Program-made: the position numbers and the translations under genes | Shown here: positions 62,782 to 64,000 of the stretch, piece by piece | How the letters are laid out: every line of letters starts with the position of its first letter | How positions within the stretch are numbered: position 1 is the first letter of the stretch | The notes under the pieces: generated by a model | Database searches by the model: none | What the model was told of the DNA's origin: nothing | Seen by the model: only the letters and a program-made list of their open reading frames with translations | From: Macrostomum lignano | Taxonomy: Eukaryota | NCBI GenBank assembly: GCA_002269645.1 | Contig: NIVC01000163.1 | Location: forward strand, 372,001 to 436,000 | Length of the DNA stretch: 64,000 nt | Direction of reading: 5' to 3'

Positions 62782-64000
62782 ATAACTAGAGGGAGATACA
62801 TGCTATAAAGTTTTTATTAGGCCTATTGAATGACAATTACCAAGAAAGTGAAAAATTGTGCTAAGTAAGGTTGTTAAGGCAGTCAAACATTCAACAGAAT
62901 TAAATAGTTATACTGCTATTCTTCTTGGAAGATCCAAACCGATTCTGATTCTGGAATTGGTAATATGAAAAGCCTCATAGGCCTCTGCAATGCAGCCATC
63001 TAATTTGAACTGGCCATGTTCCAATTTTTGACCAAATATGTGACTTACATATAAAAGAGTCCCTAAAGATAAATTAACACAATTTTAGGTAAATGTCAGG
63101 TCAGGAGTAACTGTGACTGTACTAGTGTACTATAATTCTCTATCAAGGCAAAATGCCTTATTGTCTAATTAGTATTTTTTGGGTCAGCATTTTTGCAACT
63201 TTATAAACATTTGTTGCCACTCAGGCAGCAAGCTAATGAAATGATTGGAATAAGAATAACATAACAAAGATGTGTTAGATCTTAAGTCACTAACTTTTAT
63301 ATAGCGAAACAAAACACCAAACTTACAAACTATGGGGGTAGTATGGGTTAAATTTAGGCAGAAAATAAATAGACACTGAGGCGTAAAATAACAGTAAGTT
63401 TAGTTTGGCTCCAAACATAACATTCAAAGCATAAATAGGTATGCATAAAAACACGATTAGCCCAGGCTAATAAATCATACGATCAAAGTACATTAAGTAC
63501 TACTGAATTACTGACACACTGCGAATGCGAAAATGGTTTCTGAGATAGCGTTTACAGGAAACTGAGTCAGCACAAAAATGTTAAGCCGTTTTTTAAGTTT
63601 GACACATTTAAAAATTCAAAAAACTTTCTTTTTGATTAGTATCATAGAATAACGTTTACACAATACATTAATTCATGCATTACATTATATTATTTTTAAT
63701 TTTTTGTTTTAATCGTTTATTTTAACAAAACTCCGCTAGATTCTAAAGTTCATATTGTTTAGAAGTTTCCAGATAGAAAAGTTTTTTATTATTAACAAAC
63801 TAATTCTGTAATTAAAAATAAAATGATTCTGTGAACAAAAATACCCTCTTGAAATCTTCTAAAACCATTTTACAAGAACTAATAATGATATATCATTAGA
63901 ATGTCAAGGTGCTTACGTTAGCATTTATACGTGTGCATTCATCTAATCATGCTTTAAATCATGTTTCGCATGTACAGCCACTGTAGCTATTCATTCGGTA

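Overview
Eukaryotic (animal) genomic DNA. The style suggests a free-living flatworm such as Macrostomum (polyQ/polyA/polyG-rich, GC-rich exons; repeat-filled introns; AT-rich intergenic DNA), but this taxon call is an inference. I rebuilt spliced models by hand (GT/GC-AG sites, phase continuity, recalled homology) for STX6 (-, 2 exons), CSPP1 (+, 8 exons), an ANKRD63-like gene (-, 3 exons) with a Ly6/three-finger GPI gene nested antisense in its first intron (+, 3 exons, absent from the ORF track), TTC13 (-, 13 exons, one GC-AG intron), GCC2 (-, 4 exons), an orphan UIM-containing ORF (-), MRPL24 (-, no in-frame ATG at its 5' end) and a compact KAT6-type MYST acetyltransferase (-, 2 exons). A possible small + strand gene fragment lies at the left edge. 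The most striking feature is that 20 of the 22 coding introns longer than 300 bp hold a tandem-repeat array, nearly always with a different unit. The six short introns and most intergenic DNA hold none. One 28-bp unit recurs at four loci, apparently always in the same orientation relative to the host transcript. Most long ORFs in the supplied track are artefacts of these arrays. The window also has tRNA-derived SINEs and non-autonomous Tc1/mariner, hAT and CMC-type elements with visible TIRs and TSDs. Homology calls come from memory of family sequences, not from searches.
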